Source of the DNA: Planctomycetota bacterium
GTDB taxonomy: Bacteria; Planctomycetota; GCA-002687715; CAIWVZ01
DNA: 64,000 nt
Assembly (NCBI GenBank): GCA_044222185.1
Contig: JBGANV010000001.1
Coordinates: forward strand, 1,789,337-1,853,336
Reading direction: 5' to 3'
Position numbers and translations under genes: made by a program. Numbering within the stretch: position 1 is the first letter of the stretch; each line of letters starts with the position of its first letter. The notes under the pieces were generated by a model. That model saw only the letters and a program-made list of their open reading frames with translations. It was not told where the DNA came from and made no database searches. Positions 48,282 through 58,003 of the stretch are shown in pieces.

Positions 48282-49304
48282 GTGATCCGAGCACGCACCT
48301 TCTCGCTTGCCGCCCTCTCCCTCCTGGTGCTCTCCGGATGCGACACTTCGGCGCCGCTCGCGGTCTTCGCGCGGGACGAGGGCCTGGTCGCCCTGGCGAC
48401 GGGTCAGCCCGGCGACGAGTTCGCGCTGTTCGCCGGTCCCGCGAACGGACCGCATCACCTGGGGAACGGTCGCGTGTGGACGACCGTCGGCAGCGAGCAG
48501 CCTGTACCGAAGGGGTCGGGCCGCGAACTGGGGCATGGCGTCTTTCCGGCGGCGGATGACCACGGGATCGCGGTCGTGACCCTCGTCGTTCCCTGGGACA
48601 AGCTCCCGGAGGACGTGGTCGTCGTCCAAGGCGTCGTCTTCGTCGGTGCCGACCGCCGGCAGGCCCCTCGCGGAGTGACAGCGGCGTACGCCGTGCGGGG
48701 CCCCCCCAATCCGCGTGAGGTCTGGCAGCACTGGCTCTTCACGCTCCTGTGGCCGCTGCGATGGCGGTGGCTGGTCCTTCCCGCGCTCGCGATCGTGGTT
48801 CTCGGGCTTCGTCGGGTACGGATCGCGCCAGCTCCCCGGATCTGGCGGATCGCGGCGCTGCTCGCCTGCGCGGTCTGGCTCCTCGGCGAGCGCGGCGACG
48901 TGCCCCGAGCGAAATTCGCTCAAACCGGTTCCGATCGGGCCATGCCGCTGATCTGGCCGCGGGGCGATCAACGGCAGGCCTCGCCCTCGAGCCCGGTCGA
49001 CCGACTCATGCGACCGGGAGTCGAGGCGCTCATCACCGCCACACGTGAACTCGTGCCGCCCACCGCGTCGCTCGTGGTCGTCCCCAGATCCTCCGACGGA
49101 CCGGCGCAGCGCGAGGCCATGGAGGCGAACTGGATGCTCTGGCCGCGCGTTCGGGCGGCGGCGCTGCCGAACGAATCGTGGCGCACGGCCGCCGAGTACG
49201 CGCTCGTGTTCACTCCTCCGACGCCTGCCGACTCGACGGCGACCGCGGTCTTCAAGAACGATGCCGGCGTGATCCTGCGACTGAAGACGGAGGAGCCGCG
49301 GTGA
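48282..49304 (+). CDS. Lipoprotein/membrane protein, function unknown
   Basis: A GTG start yields the signal peptide MIRARTFSLAALSLLVLSGC with a lipobox. An alternative GTG start lies at 48234. Two internal hydrophobic helices. Confidence 0.5.
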   Translation: MIRARTFSLAALSLLVLSGCDTSAPLAVFARDEGLVALATGQPGDEFALFAGPANGPHHLGNGRVWTTVGSEQPVPKGSGRELGHGVFPAADDHGIAVVTLVVPWDKLPEDVVVVQGVVFVGADRRQAPRGVTAAYAVRGPPNPREVWQHWLFTLLWPLRWRWLVLPALAIVVLGLRRVRIAPAPRIWRIAALLACAVWLLGERGDVPRAKFAQTGSDRAMPLIWPRGDQRQASPSSPVDRLMRPGVEALITATRELVPPTASLVVVPRSSDGPAQREAMEANWMLWPRVRAAALPNESWRTAAEYALVFTPPTPADSTATAVFKNDAGVILRLKTEEPR

Positions 49305-50761
49305 TCAGCGATACCCACCTCTTCTCGTCCGCCGCCATGCTCCTCCTCGCGTGGCCTCTCGGCTGGCTCGCGTCGGCCTTCCTCCCGAGCCCCACGTCGC
49401 GCATCGCACGCGGTGGCACCACGCTCCTCGCTGGGCTTGCCGGTTCGGCCGCGATTCTCAACGCGCTCCTCTGCCTGGGATTCACCGCCGGGACGGGCGG
49501 CGTGATCTGTGCGACCGCGGGCGTGCTCGGCGCGAGCGCACGGGTCGTGTCGATGAGACGCACGAAGGGGATCGTCACGAGCGAGCCTGGACCGCCCGTT
49601 GCGACGCGTGTCTTCGCGGAGTTCGCCGCCGTCGTCACCGTGGGGCTGGTCTGCGCCACGCCGGCGTTTCACGTTCACGACGTGATCGTCCACGACCACG
49701 ACGCCGTGTACATCTGGGCACCGAAGATCGCGCGTGCGTTGACGGAAGCGCCACCGCGTCTGAGCGACATCTCAGTGCAGTTCCATCCCGAGTATCCGCG
49801 CGGCCTGGCCGTCCTGACCGCCGCAGTCGGTGCCGCGTTCCAGCCCATCGACCCGAGACTCCCGCGCGCAGTGCCCCTCGTCATCTTCGCGGCGATGCTG
49901 CTCGCCGTGTTCGATGCCTTGGCCTGCCGCCGCAACGTCACAGGCGGAGCACTCGCGGTGCTGATCCTCGGCGCGCTTCCGCTCCTCGTCCACTACGGCA
50001 TCTCGGGGTTGTGCGACGTGCCGCTGGCCGCGTGCATGGTCCTCGTCACGATGGGGCTCGCGCCCACGGCGACGGGCGCGCGCGCCTGGCCGCTCGCGCT
50101 CGCGGGCGCCCTCGGGGCCGCGTCTCTGAAGGACGAAGGAATGATCGCCGCCGTCGCGTCCGTGGCGGTGATGCTCGTCTGGGCACTTCGCCAGCGCCGC
50201 GTTGGAGTCACGCTGGGAGTCGTCGCGGCCTGCGTCGCCGTGCTCGGGCCGTGGCTCATGCTGAAGCGGCAACTCATGCAAGAGCTGCTGAAGGACGACC
50301 CGATCCGCGGCCTCAGTGGGTTCGCGAGCATGGGCCGCAGCTTCTTCATGCTCGACAGCGGCCGGCAGAACCTGGGAATGCTCCTGCTTCGCGTCGATCA
50401 ACTCGTCCGCGAAGTGGCACACCTTCTCCTCGGCTTCCCCGACCCGTCGCCGGGCGGAGTCGCAATGCCCATGGTGACGCCGGGCGCGAACACGGCCGGG
50501 CACGTGGCCCTCGTCGCCATGGGAATCCTGGTCGTCGGACGGCAGCGCGTATTCCCGATATTGCCCGTGGGGATTCTCCTCGCAGCGCACTTCGTCGTCG
50601 TTGCGATCACTCCCGAGCCACTCGATTGGCAGGTGATGACCGCCTACGATCGGCTGCTGCTCCAGGCGACGCCCGCTCTGGTCCTGGCGGCCATCCACCG
50701 CCTGACGGCGCCGGTGTCTCAGCCGGCGACCGTAGGCACGAGCGGCAACCCGAGCACGTGA
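49301..50761 (+). CDS. Polytopic membrane protein (~12 TM), function unknown
   Basis: GTG start forming a GTGA overlap with the upstream stop. AGGAG lies 5 nt upstream. Highly hydrophobic throughout. Confidence 0.55.
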   Translation: MISDTHLFSSAAMLLLAWPLGWLASAFLPSPTSRIARGGTTLLAGLAGSAAILNALLCLGFTAGTGGVICATAGVLGASARVVSMRRTKGIVTSEPGPPVATRVFAEFAAVVTVGLVCATPAFHVHDVIVHDHDAVYIWAPKIARALTEAPPRLSDISVQFHPEYPRGLAVLTAAVGAAFQPIDPRLPRAVPLVIFAAMLLAVFDALACRRNVTGGALAVLILGALPLLVHYGISGLCDVPLAACMVLVTMGLAPTATGARAWPLALAGALGAASLKDEGMIAAVASVAVMLVWALRQRRVGVTLGVVAACVAVLGPWLMLKRQLMQELLKDDPIRGLSGFASMGRSFFMLDSGRQNLGMLLLRVDQLVREVAHLLLGFPDPSPGGVAMPMVTPGANTAGHVALVAMGILVVGRQRVFPILPVGILLAAHFVVVAITPEPLDWQVMTAYDRLLLQATPALVLAAIHRLTAPVSQPATVGTSGNPST

Positions 50762-51990
50762 CGTCGGATCAGATCCAACGCACGCTCGCGTGCGTAGAGT
50801 CGGATCGCTTGCCGGTCGCCGACGAATCCGTGCCGGATCGCGACGGTCCCGCGCGCATCGGCCAGAGCGAACCAGGTCGTACCGACGGGCTTCGCATCCG
50901 AGCCGCCGCTCGGGCCCGCGATGCCCGAGACAGACAGCGCGAGGTCCGCGCGTCCGCGTGTGCGCGCGCCCTCGGCCATGGCGCGGACGCACGCCTCCGA
51001 CACGGCGCCCGATGTCGCCAGCGTCTCGGGCATGACACCCAGCAGGTCGACCTTCGCCTCGTTCGCATACGTCACGAACCCGGCCTTGAAGATCTGGGAG
51101 ATCCCCGGGACCTCCACGAGCGCGTCGGCGATCATGCCGCCGGTGATGGACTCGGCCAGCGCAAGCGTGATGTTCCGTTTCAGCAGCAGCTCGCCGACGC
51201 AGACGTTCATGGGGACGTCTCCGTCCGCGACGACGGCATCACCCAGGCGGCGACGGATCTCGGCCACGTCGTCATCGAGCTTGCGCGACGCCCGCGCGCC
51301 GTCCGGGTCGCGTGACTCGAGGGCGAGGACCACGCGGCCGAGCTTGGGATAACTGCCGATTTGCGGATCGCGTCCGCGGGCCATGAGGTCGGCGACGAGT
51401 TGGCCGACCCGAACCTCGGGGACGCCCGCGATCGTCACCTGCCTCGCCGCGGGCGCGGGGCCGCGCGCGGCGCGGGCGCGGATGCGCGGGATGAGCTCCG
51501 TCTCCGCGATGACGCGGAACTCCGAGGGGACGCCGGGCAGGACGATCAGGAGCCCCTTCGCGTCGTCGAGCAGAATCGCGGGCGCGGTGCCGACGGGATT
51601 CGCGACCATCTTCGTCCCCAGGGGGAGATCCGCCTGGACGAGACTCCCTTCCGGCATGGGACGGTTGCGCCTCGCGTAGATGTCCTCGAGGAAGGCGACG
51701 GCGGCGGGGTCGCGACCCAGCGTCACGCCCATGGCGAGAGCCAGCCCCTCACGCGTCAGGTCGTCCCGCGTCGGTCCCAGCCCCCCGCCGACGACGACCA
51801 CGTCCGCACGGGATCGCGCGTCGGTGATGGCGGCGGCGATGGCGCCGACGTCATCCTCCACGGTCGCGCGGAACGTCACGGGGAATCCGTTCGACCGAAG
51901 CAGGCTGCTCAACCAATGGGCATTCAGGTCGACGACCCGCCCAGCCAGGAGTTCGTCGCCCACGCTGATGATGGCCGCGCCGGACTTCAT
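50719..51990 (-). CDS. cinA: CinA-family competence/damage-inducible protein (MoCF-binding N-domain plus C-terminal CinA nicotinamide-nucleotide amidase domain)
   Basis: N-terminal AAIISVGDELLAGRVVDLN and C-terminal LALAESITGGMIADAL motifs. ATGA overlap with the tatC stop. Confidence 0.85.
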   Translation of the reverse strand: MKSGAAIISVGDELLAGRVVDLNAHWLSSLLRSNGFPVTFRATVEDDVGAIAAAITDARSRADVVVVGGGLGPTRDDLTREGLALAMGVTLGRDPAAVAFLEDIYARRNRPMPEGSLVQADLPLGTKMVANPVGTAPAILLDDAKGLLIVLPGVPSEFRVIAETELIPRIRARAARGPAPAARQVTIAGVPEVRVGQLVADLMARGRDPQIGSYPKLGRVVLALESRDPDGARASRKLDDDVAEIRRRLGDAVVADGDVPMNVCVGELLLKRNITLALAESITGGMIADALVEVPGISQIFKAGFVTYANEAKVDLLGVMPETLATSGAVSEACVRAMAEGARTRGRADLALSVSGIAGPSGGSDAKPVGTTWFALADARGTVAIRHGFVGDRQAIRLYARERALDLIRRHVLGLPLVPTVAG

Positions 51991-53354
51991 CGGGGGCTCC
52001 GCCGCGAATCGCCCGCGGTATCGGGTTGGATGAACGATTCGGCGCCATGCACGCCGACCCAATCCTGTGCGGCCTTCAGTGCGGCGTCGCGATCGTCCGG
52101 AAGCCGGGTGTGCATGAGGATCTCGAAGACGCGCCGGGCGAACGCCCGCGTGTCGGAGCCGCCGGATTCCAACGCCGTGAGGACGGCGCGGAGCGTTTGG
52201 GAAAGCGGGAGGTTCGCGGGGGTGGAGATGTCCCACACGGTGGCGCCGGCCTGAATGCTCATCGCGCGGTATCCACCGCTGCGGACTTCGACGGCCACGG
52301 CCTTCTCGTCCGACGGATTGAACTGCAGGCACGCGAGGCGATCGCCCGCCGTGATGAGCATCAGAGGTGAATTCACCGCCTCCCCCACCTGCATGGCGCC
52401 GTCGGCTCGAACACCGAACACGTTTCGTCCGAGTTCCCGCCACGGCAGATTCCCGTCCGTCGCCATCTCGACGCGGCGATCGGCCTGCATTCCCGCCCAG
52501 AACCGCTCGAGGCGGCTACGCAGCAGGATCAGGACGATGAGCACACCGGCGATGATGCGCGCCCGCTTGCGCCAGAGGTCCCACCGCACGGGCGGGCGAT
52601 CCTGGCCCTGGGCAAGCCAGCACAGGAGGATCCCCATCTCGAAGAGGAAGCACAGCGGAAGTGCGACGAGCGACTGAGTGATCGGGTCCGGCGGCGTGAT
52701 GACCCCCGAGACCACGAAGATGATGAGGATCGTGATGCGTCGCTTCTTGCGGAACGTCTCGGGCGTGAAGATCCCGGCCTTCACCAAGCCGATCATCACG
52801 ACCGGAAACTGGAATGCGACTCCCACCAAGAGCGTGAGCGTGGAGAAGAACGAGAGGTACTCGCCGAGCTGGATCCAGCTCTGGATGATCGCGGGGTCGG
52901 CGAAGCGAAGGAGGTACCCGAGTCCGACGGGAAGCAGGGTCAGGTAACCGAACACGGTGCCGGCGATGAACAGGAACAGTGAAAGCGGCGCGAACCGATA
53001 GACCCAGCGCTTCTCGCGGTCGTAGAGGCCGGCGGCGATGAAAGCCCAAAGCTGGTAGAGCCAGACCGGCGCGGCCGTCGCGAGCCCGACGATGAGCCCG
53101 ATCTTGAAGTAGGTGACGAAGGTCTCGGTCACCCCGGCGACCTTCAGCGTCGGGTCCGCGTGCAACGCCCGCATCGCCGACTGGTAGGGGGCGACGATCA
53201 CCTCCATCAGCTCGGACGCGAAGCATGACGCGACGACCGTCGTGACGAGCGTCGCGAGCAGCGAACGGATCAGCCGAGTTCGAAGCTCGTCCAGATGCTC
53301 GCCAAACGTCATCCGGGATCGGTCGAGAGGGTCAGGCGTCGTGGCGTCACCCAT
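51987..53354 (-). CDS. tatC: Sec-independent translocase TatC with ~190-aa C-terminal extension (extra TM helix plus soluble domain)
   Basis: Residues ~14-265 form a canonical six-TM TatC (FGEHLDELRTRLIRS...). The ORF then continues in frame through an additional hydrophobic helix and ~150 more residues. Confidence 0.8.
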   Translation of the reverse strand: MGDATTPDPLDRSRMTFGEHLDELRTRLIRSLLATLVTTVVASCFASELMEVIVAPYQSAMRALHADPTLKVAGVTETFVTYFKIGLIVGLATAAPVWLYQLWAFIAAGLYDREKRWVYRFAPLSLFLFIAGTVFGYLTLLPVGLGYLLRFADPAIIQSWIQLGEYLSFFSTLTLLVGVAFQFPVVMIGLVKAGIFTPETFRKKRRITILIIFVVSGVITPPDPITQSLVALPLCFLFEMGILLCWLAQGQDRPPVRWDLWRKRARIIAGVLIVLILLRSRLERFWAGMQADRRVEMATDGNLPWRELGRNVFGVRADGAMQVGEAVNSPLMLITAGDRLACLQFNPSDEKAVAVEVRSGGYRAMSIQAGATVWDISTPANLPLSQTLRAVLTALESGGSDTRAFARRVFEILMHTRLPDDRDAALKAAQDWVGVHGAESFIQPDTAGDSRRSPR

Positions 53355-53469
53355 GGGCGCGGCCAGCGTGGCACGAACTGCGCCGGCGCAGAAGAGGCGT
53401 CACCCCCAGGAACGAAAGCACCCCGTCTCCGGCGTGCGGAGGACGGGGTGTTCGGTGCGACGAGCGAGG

Positions 53470-54744
53470 TCAGTTCGAGAGGTACGTTTCGAGATCGCGC
53501 GAGCGGATGACCTCGATGCCCCACGCCTGCGCCTGCTTGTAGTCGGCCGACTCGGTCAGTTCCGGTGCATCCGGGGCTTCCTTGAGTCCGAGGACGACGA
53601 AGTCCGTCTCGACCGTGACCTTGTCATCGACCTTGGCGCCCGACTGCTCGAGCATGCGCTTGGCGACTTCCTTGTTGTATCGGCCCGTGAGCTCGCCGAG
53701 GAACACGAAGCGGGTCGCGCGGGTCGGGTCGAAGAAGGGATTGGTGATCCAATCGCCCTCGGCGATGCCAGCCATCGTGGCGTCGGAATCGACGCGGCAC
53801 TCGGACTTGTCGGCCTCGACGCTCGTGACGGTGATGCGCCCCTTCAGGAGCTTCTCGCCGCCCTTGACCGTCTCGTAGACCTTGAAGGTCGTCCCGCGAC
53901 GCAGGCGCTGCTTGCCGCCCACGTTGATCCACAGCGTGCCCATGGCGCGGTTGACGGCGAGAACCTTGCCGTCCGGCTTCTCGGTGTCGCGCTGCGTGCG
54001 GAGGTTCGCCTTCAGCGAATTCACGCTCGCCTCGAGGGTCTTCATCTGGCCCTTGGCGGTGGTGACTTCCTTGTTGGAGGTCTCCTTCGCCTTGCCGACC
54101 TCGTCGGTGAGCTCGCGATTCTTCGCCTGGGCGTCGTCACGCTGGGTGTTCGATTCGTTGAGCTGCTGCGACAGGCGCGCGGTCTGGTTCTCGCGCTCCG
54201 TGTTCAGCTCCTGCTGCTTGGCAGCGGCCGCGGCTTCGGCATCGCTCAACCGCTTGGTGAGGCTGGCGATCTCGGCGTCCTTGGTGTCGACGACGGCCGA
54301 CACGGCGCCCTTGTCGTTCTTGACGGCCTTGTAGCGGCTGGACAGCTTGTCGAGCGCATCGACGAGGATGACCGGTGCAGCCGTCTCCTCCGTCTGCGTC
54401 GCCGCTTCCTTCATCCGCATGCGAACGGCGTCGAGGTGCTTGCCGAGGACTTCCGGGTCCTGGGGAAGGACTGCGCCGCGCTTGTCCCAGTTGTCAGGCT
54501 TGGGGAGTTCGGCCGGAACCGGCGCGCCGATGATCTTGGCGAGTTCCGCGTAGCAACCCTCGGCGAAGCCGAGCTTGTTCTCGCCCGCTTCAGCCTTGGC
54601 CTTCTCGGCTTCGAGCTTCTTGGCGAGGTCGCCGTTGTCCTGCATCTGTGTGAACCACAGGACGGCAAACACCAACATCACGATCACGACGACGATCAGG
54701 AAGACGACGTTGACGGCGCCGCGCTCCAACTTCGCAGATGACAT
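53470..54744 (-). CDS. Membrane-anchored coiled-coil protein with C-terminal BRCT domain
   Basis: N-terminal TM helix (VNVVFLIVVVIVMLVFAVLW), then ~200 aa of K/E/A/Q-rich coiled coil. The C-terminal ~80 aa align convincingly with the LigA-type BRCT domain (FVFLGEL...GAKV...TDFVVLG...AQAWGIEVI...L..YL). Confidence 0.6.
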   Translation of the reverse strand: MSSAKLERGAVNVVFLIVVVIVMLVFAVLWFTQMQDNGDLAKKLEAEKAKAEAGENKLGFAEGCYAELAKIIGAPVPAELPKPDNWDKRGAVLPQDPEVLGKHLDAVRMRMKEAATQTEETAAPVILVDALDKLSSRYKAVKNDKGAVSAVVDTKDAEIASLTKRLSDAEAAAAAKQQELNTERENQTARLSQQLNESNTQRDDAQAKNRELTDEVGKAKETSNKEVTTAKGQMKTLEASVNSLKANLRTQRDTEKPDGKVLAVNRAMGTLWINVGGKQRLRRGTTFKVYETVKGGEKLLKGRITVTSVEADKSECRVDSDATMAGIAEGDWITNPFFDPTRATRFVFLGELTGRYNKEVAKRMLEQSGAKVDDKVTVETDFVVLGLKEAPDAPELTESADYKQAQAWGIEVIRSRDLETYLSN

Positions 54745-55007
54745 CCGCTAATCTCCATCAGGGCGGCCGATTCGGGCGCCCCTGCCCCCAATTGGGCTGT
54801 CCAGTCCAATGTGCGTGACGTCCCCCATGACGCGACAGAACACGGGGTTACCCGTACCATCTTTTTCCTAGGTGAACGAAGCGGCGGGATTCTAAGCGCC
54901 TCGCGGAAGTCACGTCAAGCCGAGGTTTGCGACCGGAGCGGCTTCCCGGGTGCCCGGAGGACGACGTCACTTGCGGACTCCGGCACGTTCCGCGCAGGAT
55001 CCGAGCC

Positions 55008-55664
55008 ATGAATCCTCCGATCCTCCTCGGAATCACAGGCGGCATCGGCAGCGGAAAAACTGCCGTCGCCAGCGGTCTCGCGGCGCAGGGCGCGGCAGTC
55101 ATCGAGGCGGATCGGCTCGTCCACGAGGCCCATGCCAGGCCTGCCATCCGAGACCGGATCGTCGCAGCCCTCGGAAAATCAGTCCTCGACGCCGCCGGAG
55201 GCCTCGATCGCCGTGCGATCGCAGCTCGGGTCTTCGGGCCGGGCGCGGATGCGGAGACGTCGCGCCGGGCCCTCGAGGCGATCCTCCACCCCGCCGTCCG
55301 GGAGATGATCGGCGAACGCCTCGCCGAGCTCGCCTCCGCAGCATCTCCACCGGCAGTCGTCGTGTTGGATGCCCCGCTCGTGGTCGAGGGCCCGCTCCGG
55401 CACGTGTGTGACGCCATCGTTTTCGTCGACGCCCCCGTCGAATTGCGCCGCGCCCGCACGGTCTCGACCCGGGGGTGGGGCCCGGGCGAGCTGGACGTTC
55501 GCGAACGGGCCCAGGCCTCCCTGGACGAGAAGCGCGCGGCGTCGCGGTACGTCATCCGCAACGACGGAGACCCCGCCGGACTTGCGACTCGGTGCGCAAC
55601 CCTCTTCCGTCAGGTGGTCGCCGACTTCCCAGCCGGCGGTCGAGGCGCGCGCCACGGCACCTGA
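55008..55664 (+). CDS. coaE: Dephospho-CoA kinase
   Basis: ILLGITGGIGSGKT P-loop at the N-terminus. ~218 aa. Confidence 0.8.
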   Translation: MNPPILLGITGGIGSGKTAVASGLAAQGAAVIEADRLVHEAHARPAIRDRIVAALGKSVLDAAGGLDRRAIAARVFGPGADAETSRRALEAILHPAVREMIGERLAELASAASPPAVVVLDAPLVVEGPLRHVCDAIVFVDAPVELRRARTVSTRGWGPGELDVRERAQASLDEKRAASRYVIRNDGDPAGLATRCATLFRQVVADFPAGGRGARHGT

Positions 55665-55744
55665 TTGTCCGCCGATCCTCCACGGATAACCTCCTTCGCG
55701 CTCATCGAGGTTCGTTCAACCGACGAGCCCGTCAGCGTCATGCC

Positions 55745-57658
55745 GTGCCCGAGAGTCTGACCTCTCAAATTTCCGTCCCAGCACACCCCGAAGCGCGAGG
55801 AAACGCGCTGATCGGGTTGTCGATCGCCGCACTGGGCGTCGTCTACGGGGACATCGGCACGAGCCCTCTCTACGCGTTCCGCGAGTGCTTCAACGGCCCT
55901 CACGCCACGGCCGTCAGTGCGGAGAGCGTCCTCGGCGTCCTCTCGCTCATGGTGTGGTCGCTGATCACCGTCGTCTGCGCCAAGTACCTCACGCTGCTGA
56001 TGCGCGCCGACAACCACGGTGAAGGCGGGATCTTCGCCCTGCTCGCGCTCCTGGGCCCGAGCCGAGATCCGTCGGTACGGCGGCGCGTGTTGTTCATGGC
56101 GGGGGTCTTCGGCGCGGCGCTCCTCTACGGGGACGGCATGATCACTCCGTCGATCACCGTGCTCGGTGCCGTCGAAGGACTTTCCGAGGCGACGCCGGCC
56201 CTGACGCCCTACGTGGTGCCGATCTCCGTCGTCATCCTCGTCGTTCTGTTCCTCGTTCAGCAGCGCGGCACCGCCAAGGTCGGCGCGATCTTCGGCCCCA
56301 TCTGCATGGTCTGGTTCGCAGCGATCGCCGCCCTGGGCTTGCGCGGAATCGTCGGCGAGCCCAGGGTCCTCGCGGCGTTCAACCCGATCCTCGGGATCAC
56401 GTTCGTCGTCCACCACGGCTTCCACGGATTCCTGCTCTTCGGATCCGTCGTCCTCACGGTCACGGGGGCCGAGGCCCTCTACGCCGACATGGGCCACTTC
56501 GGAAAGTCCCCGATCCGGTGGGCCTGGTACGTGGTGGTGCTCCCGTCGCTCCTGTGCAACTACTTCGGGCAGGGCGCGTGGCTCATCCAGCACCCGGACG
56601 CAGCGACGAACCCCTTCTACGCGCTCGTCCCGTCCTGGGGTCTCTACCCCATGGTCGGGATCGCAACGCTGGCTGCATGCGTGGCGTCACAGGCGCTCAT
56701 CTCCGGGGCCTATTCGTTGACGCAACAAGCGCACCAGCTCGGGTATTCGCCGCGGGTGACGATCGTCCACACCTCGGACGCAAAGGCCGGGCAGATCTAC
56801 ATTCCCGAGGTCAACTACGCGCTGATGCTGGCCTGCGTGGGCTTGACCGTCGGCTTCGGAAGTTCGGCACGGCTCGCTGGCGCCTACGGCCTGGCGGTGA
56901 CAGGAACCATGCTGATCACGACGGCACTCTTCTACACCGTCGCGCGACGACGCTGGATGTGGAGCCGGCCGCTCGCGATGTCCGTCGCCAGTCTCTTCAT
57001 GGTCGTGGACGTGGTCTTCCTCGCCGCCAACGTGCCGAAGATCCCGGACGGGGGTTGGTTCCCGCTCGTGATGGGCGTGGGGATCTTCGTCGTGATGTTC
57101 ACCTGGAAGCAGGGCCGCGACATGCTGGCGCAGTTCGCGCGCACGCACGGCATCGAGACGGAGGCGCTGGTGCGGGACGTCGCCAGCAAGAAGCCCTACC
57201 GGATCCCCGGCACGGCGATCTTCATGAGCTCGGACCCGGAGACCGTGCCGCCGGCGCTGCTTCACCACCTGAAACACAACAAGGTGCTCCACGAGCGGGT
57301 CCTGCTGCTCTCGTTCCTCACGGAGGACGTGCCTCGCGTCGCCGAGCACCGCCGCGTGGAATGCAAGGACCTCGGTGAGGGCTTCTACCAGGTGACCGGG
57401 CACTACGGGTTCGTCGAAACGCCCTACGTTCCCGCCGTGCTGCGCGCACTCAGCGAGTTCAACCTCCGCGTGAAACCAGGTGAGTCGACCTTCTACCTCG
57501 GTCGCCAGACGCTCTTGCCCGTGAAGAAGAAGGGCGGCATGGCGCTGTGGCGCAAGCGGCTCTTCGTGTTCCTGACGCGCAATGCGCCATCGGCGAGCAC
57601 GTTCTTCAGCATCCCGCCCAATCGCGTCGTCGACATGGGGGCGCAAGTCGAAATCTGA
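55745..57658 (+). CDS. kup: Low-affinity K+ uptake transporter Kup (KUP/HAK/KT family)
   Basis: Signature AALGVVYGDIGTSPLY near the N-terminus, ~12 TM helices and a cytoplasmic C-domain. GTG start inferred, and the exact start is uncertain. Confidence 0.85.
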   Translation: MPESLTSQISVPAHPEARGNALIGLSIAALGVVYGDIGTSPLYAFRECFNGPHATAVSAESVLGVLSLMVWSLITVVCAKYLTLLMRADNHGEGGIFALLALLGPSRDPSVRRRVLFMAGVFGAALLYGDGMITPSITVLGAVEGLSEATPALTPYVVPISVVILVVLFLVQQRGTAKVGAIFGPICMVWFAAIAALGLRGIVGEPRVLAAFNPILGITFVVHHGFHGFLLFGSVVLTVTGAEALYADMGHFGKSPIRWAWYVVVLPSLLCNYFGQGAWLIQHPDAATNPFYALVPSWGLYPMVGIATLAACVASQALISGAYSLTQQAHQLGYSPRVTIVHTSDAKAGQIYIPEVNYALMLACVGLTVGFGSSARLAGAYGLAVTGTMLITTALFYTVARRRWMWSRPLAMSVASLFMVVDVVFLAANVPKIPDGGWFPLVMGVGIFVVMFTWKQGRDMLAQFARTHGIETEALVRDVASKKPYRIPGTAIFMSSDPETVPPALLHHLKHNKVLHERVLLLSFLTEDVPRVAEHRRVECKDLGEGFYQVTGHYGFVETPYVPAVLRALSEFNLRVKPGESTFYLGRQTLLPVKKKGGMALWRKRLFVFLTRNAPSASTFFSIPPNRVVDMGAQVEI

Positions 57659-58003
57659 AGTCGGCTGAGCTGGCGTTCGCGGTGGTTGATGATCGCGCGG
57701 TGAACGGGCGCACCGGTGCCGCTCGATCACTACCCGTCGAACGCGAGGGAGCGCCAGTCGTCCCGCCGCGAACGCGGCGGCGCGACTGGCAGGACCGCCG
57801 GACGACCGAGGCGAAGCCGAGGCGTCCGGTCCCACGGGCGTCGATCCGCCAAGGCCCGTTCGACGATCATGCCGATGTTGGTGAACGCGCACCGACCCGC
57901 GAACCGCGCACCTCGGCCCGCGCGAGACGCGCGGCGTTCCGGCCGGTCCCCGCCGAGACGGCGGAGAACCGGCACTCCGCTGGCTTGCGCCGCGAAGGCG
58001 ACG

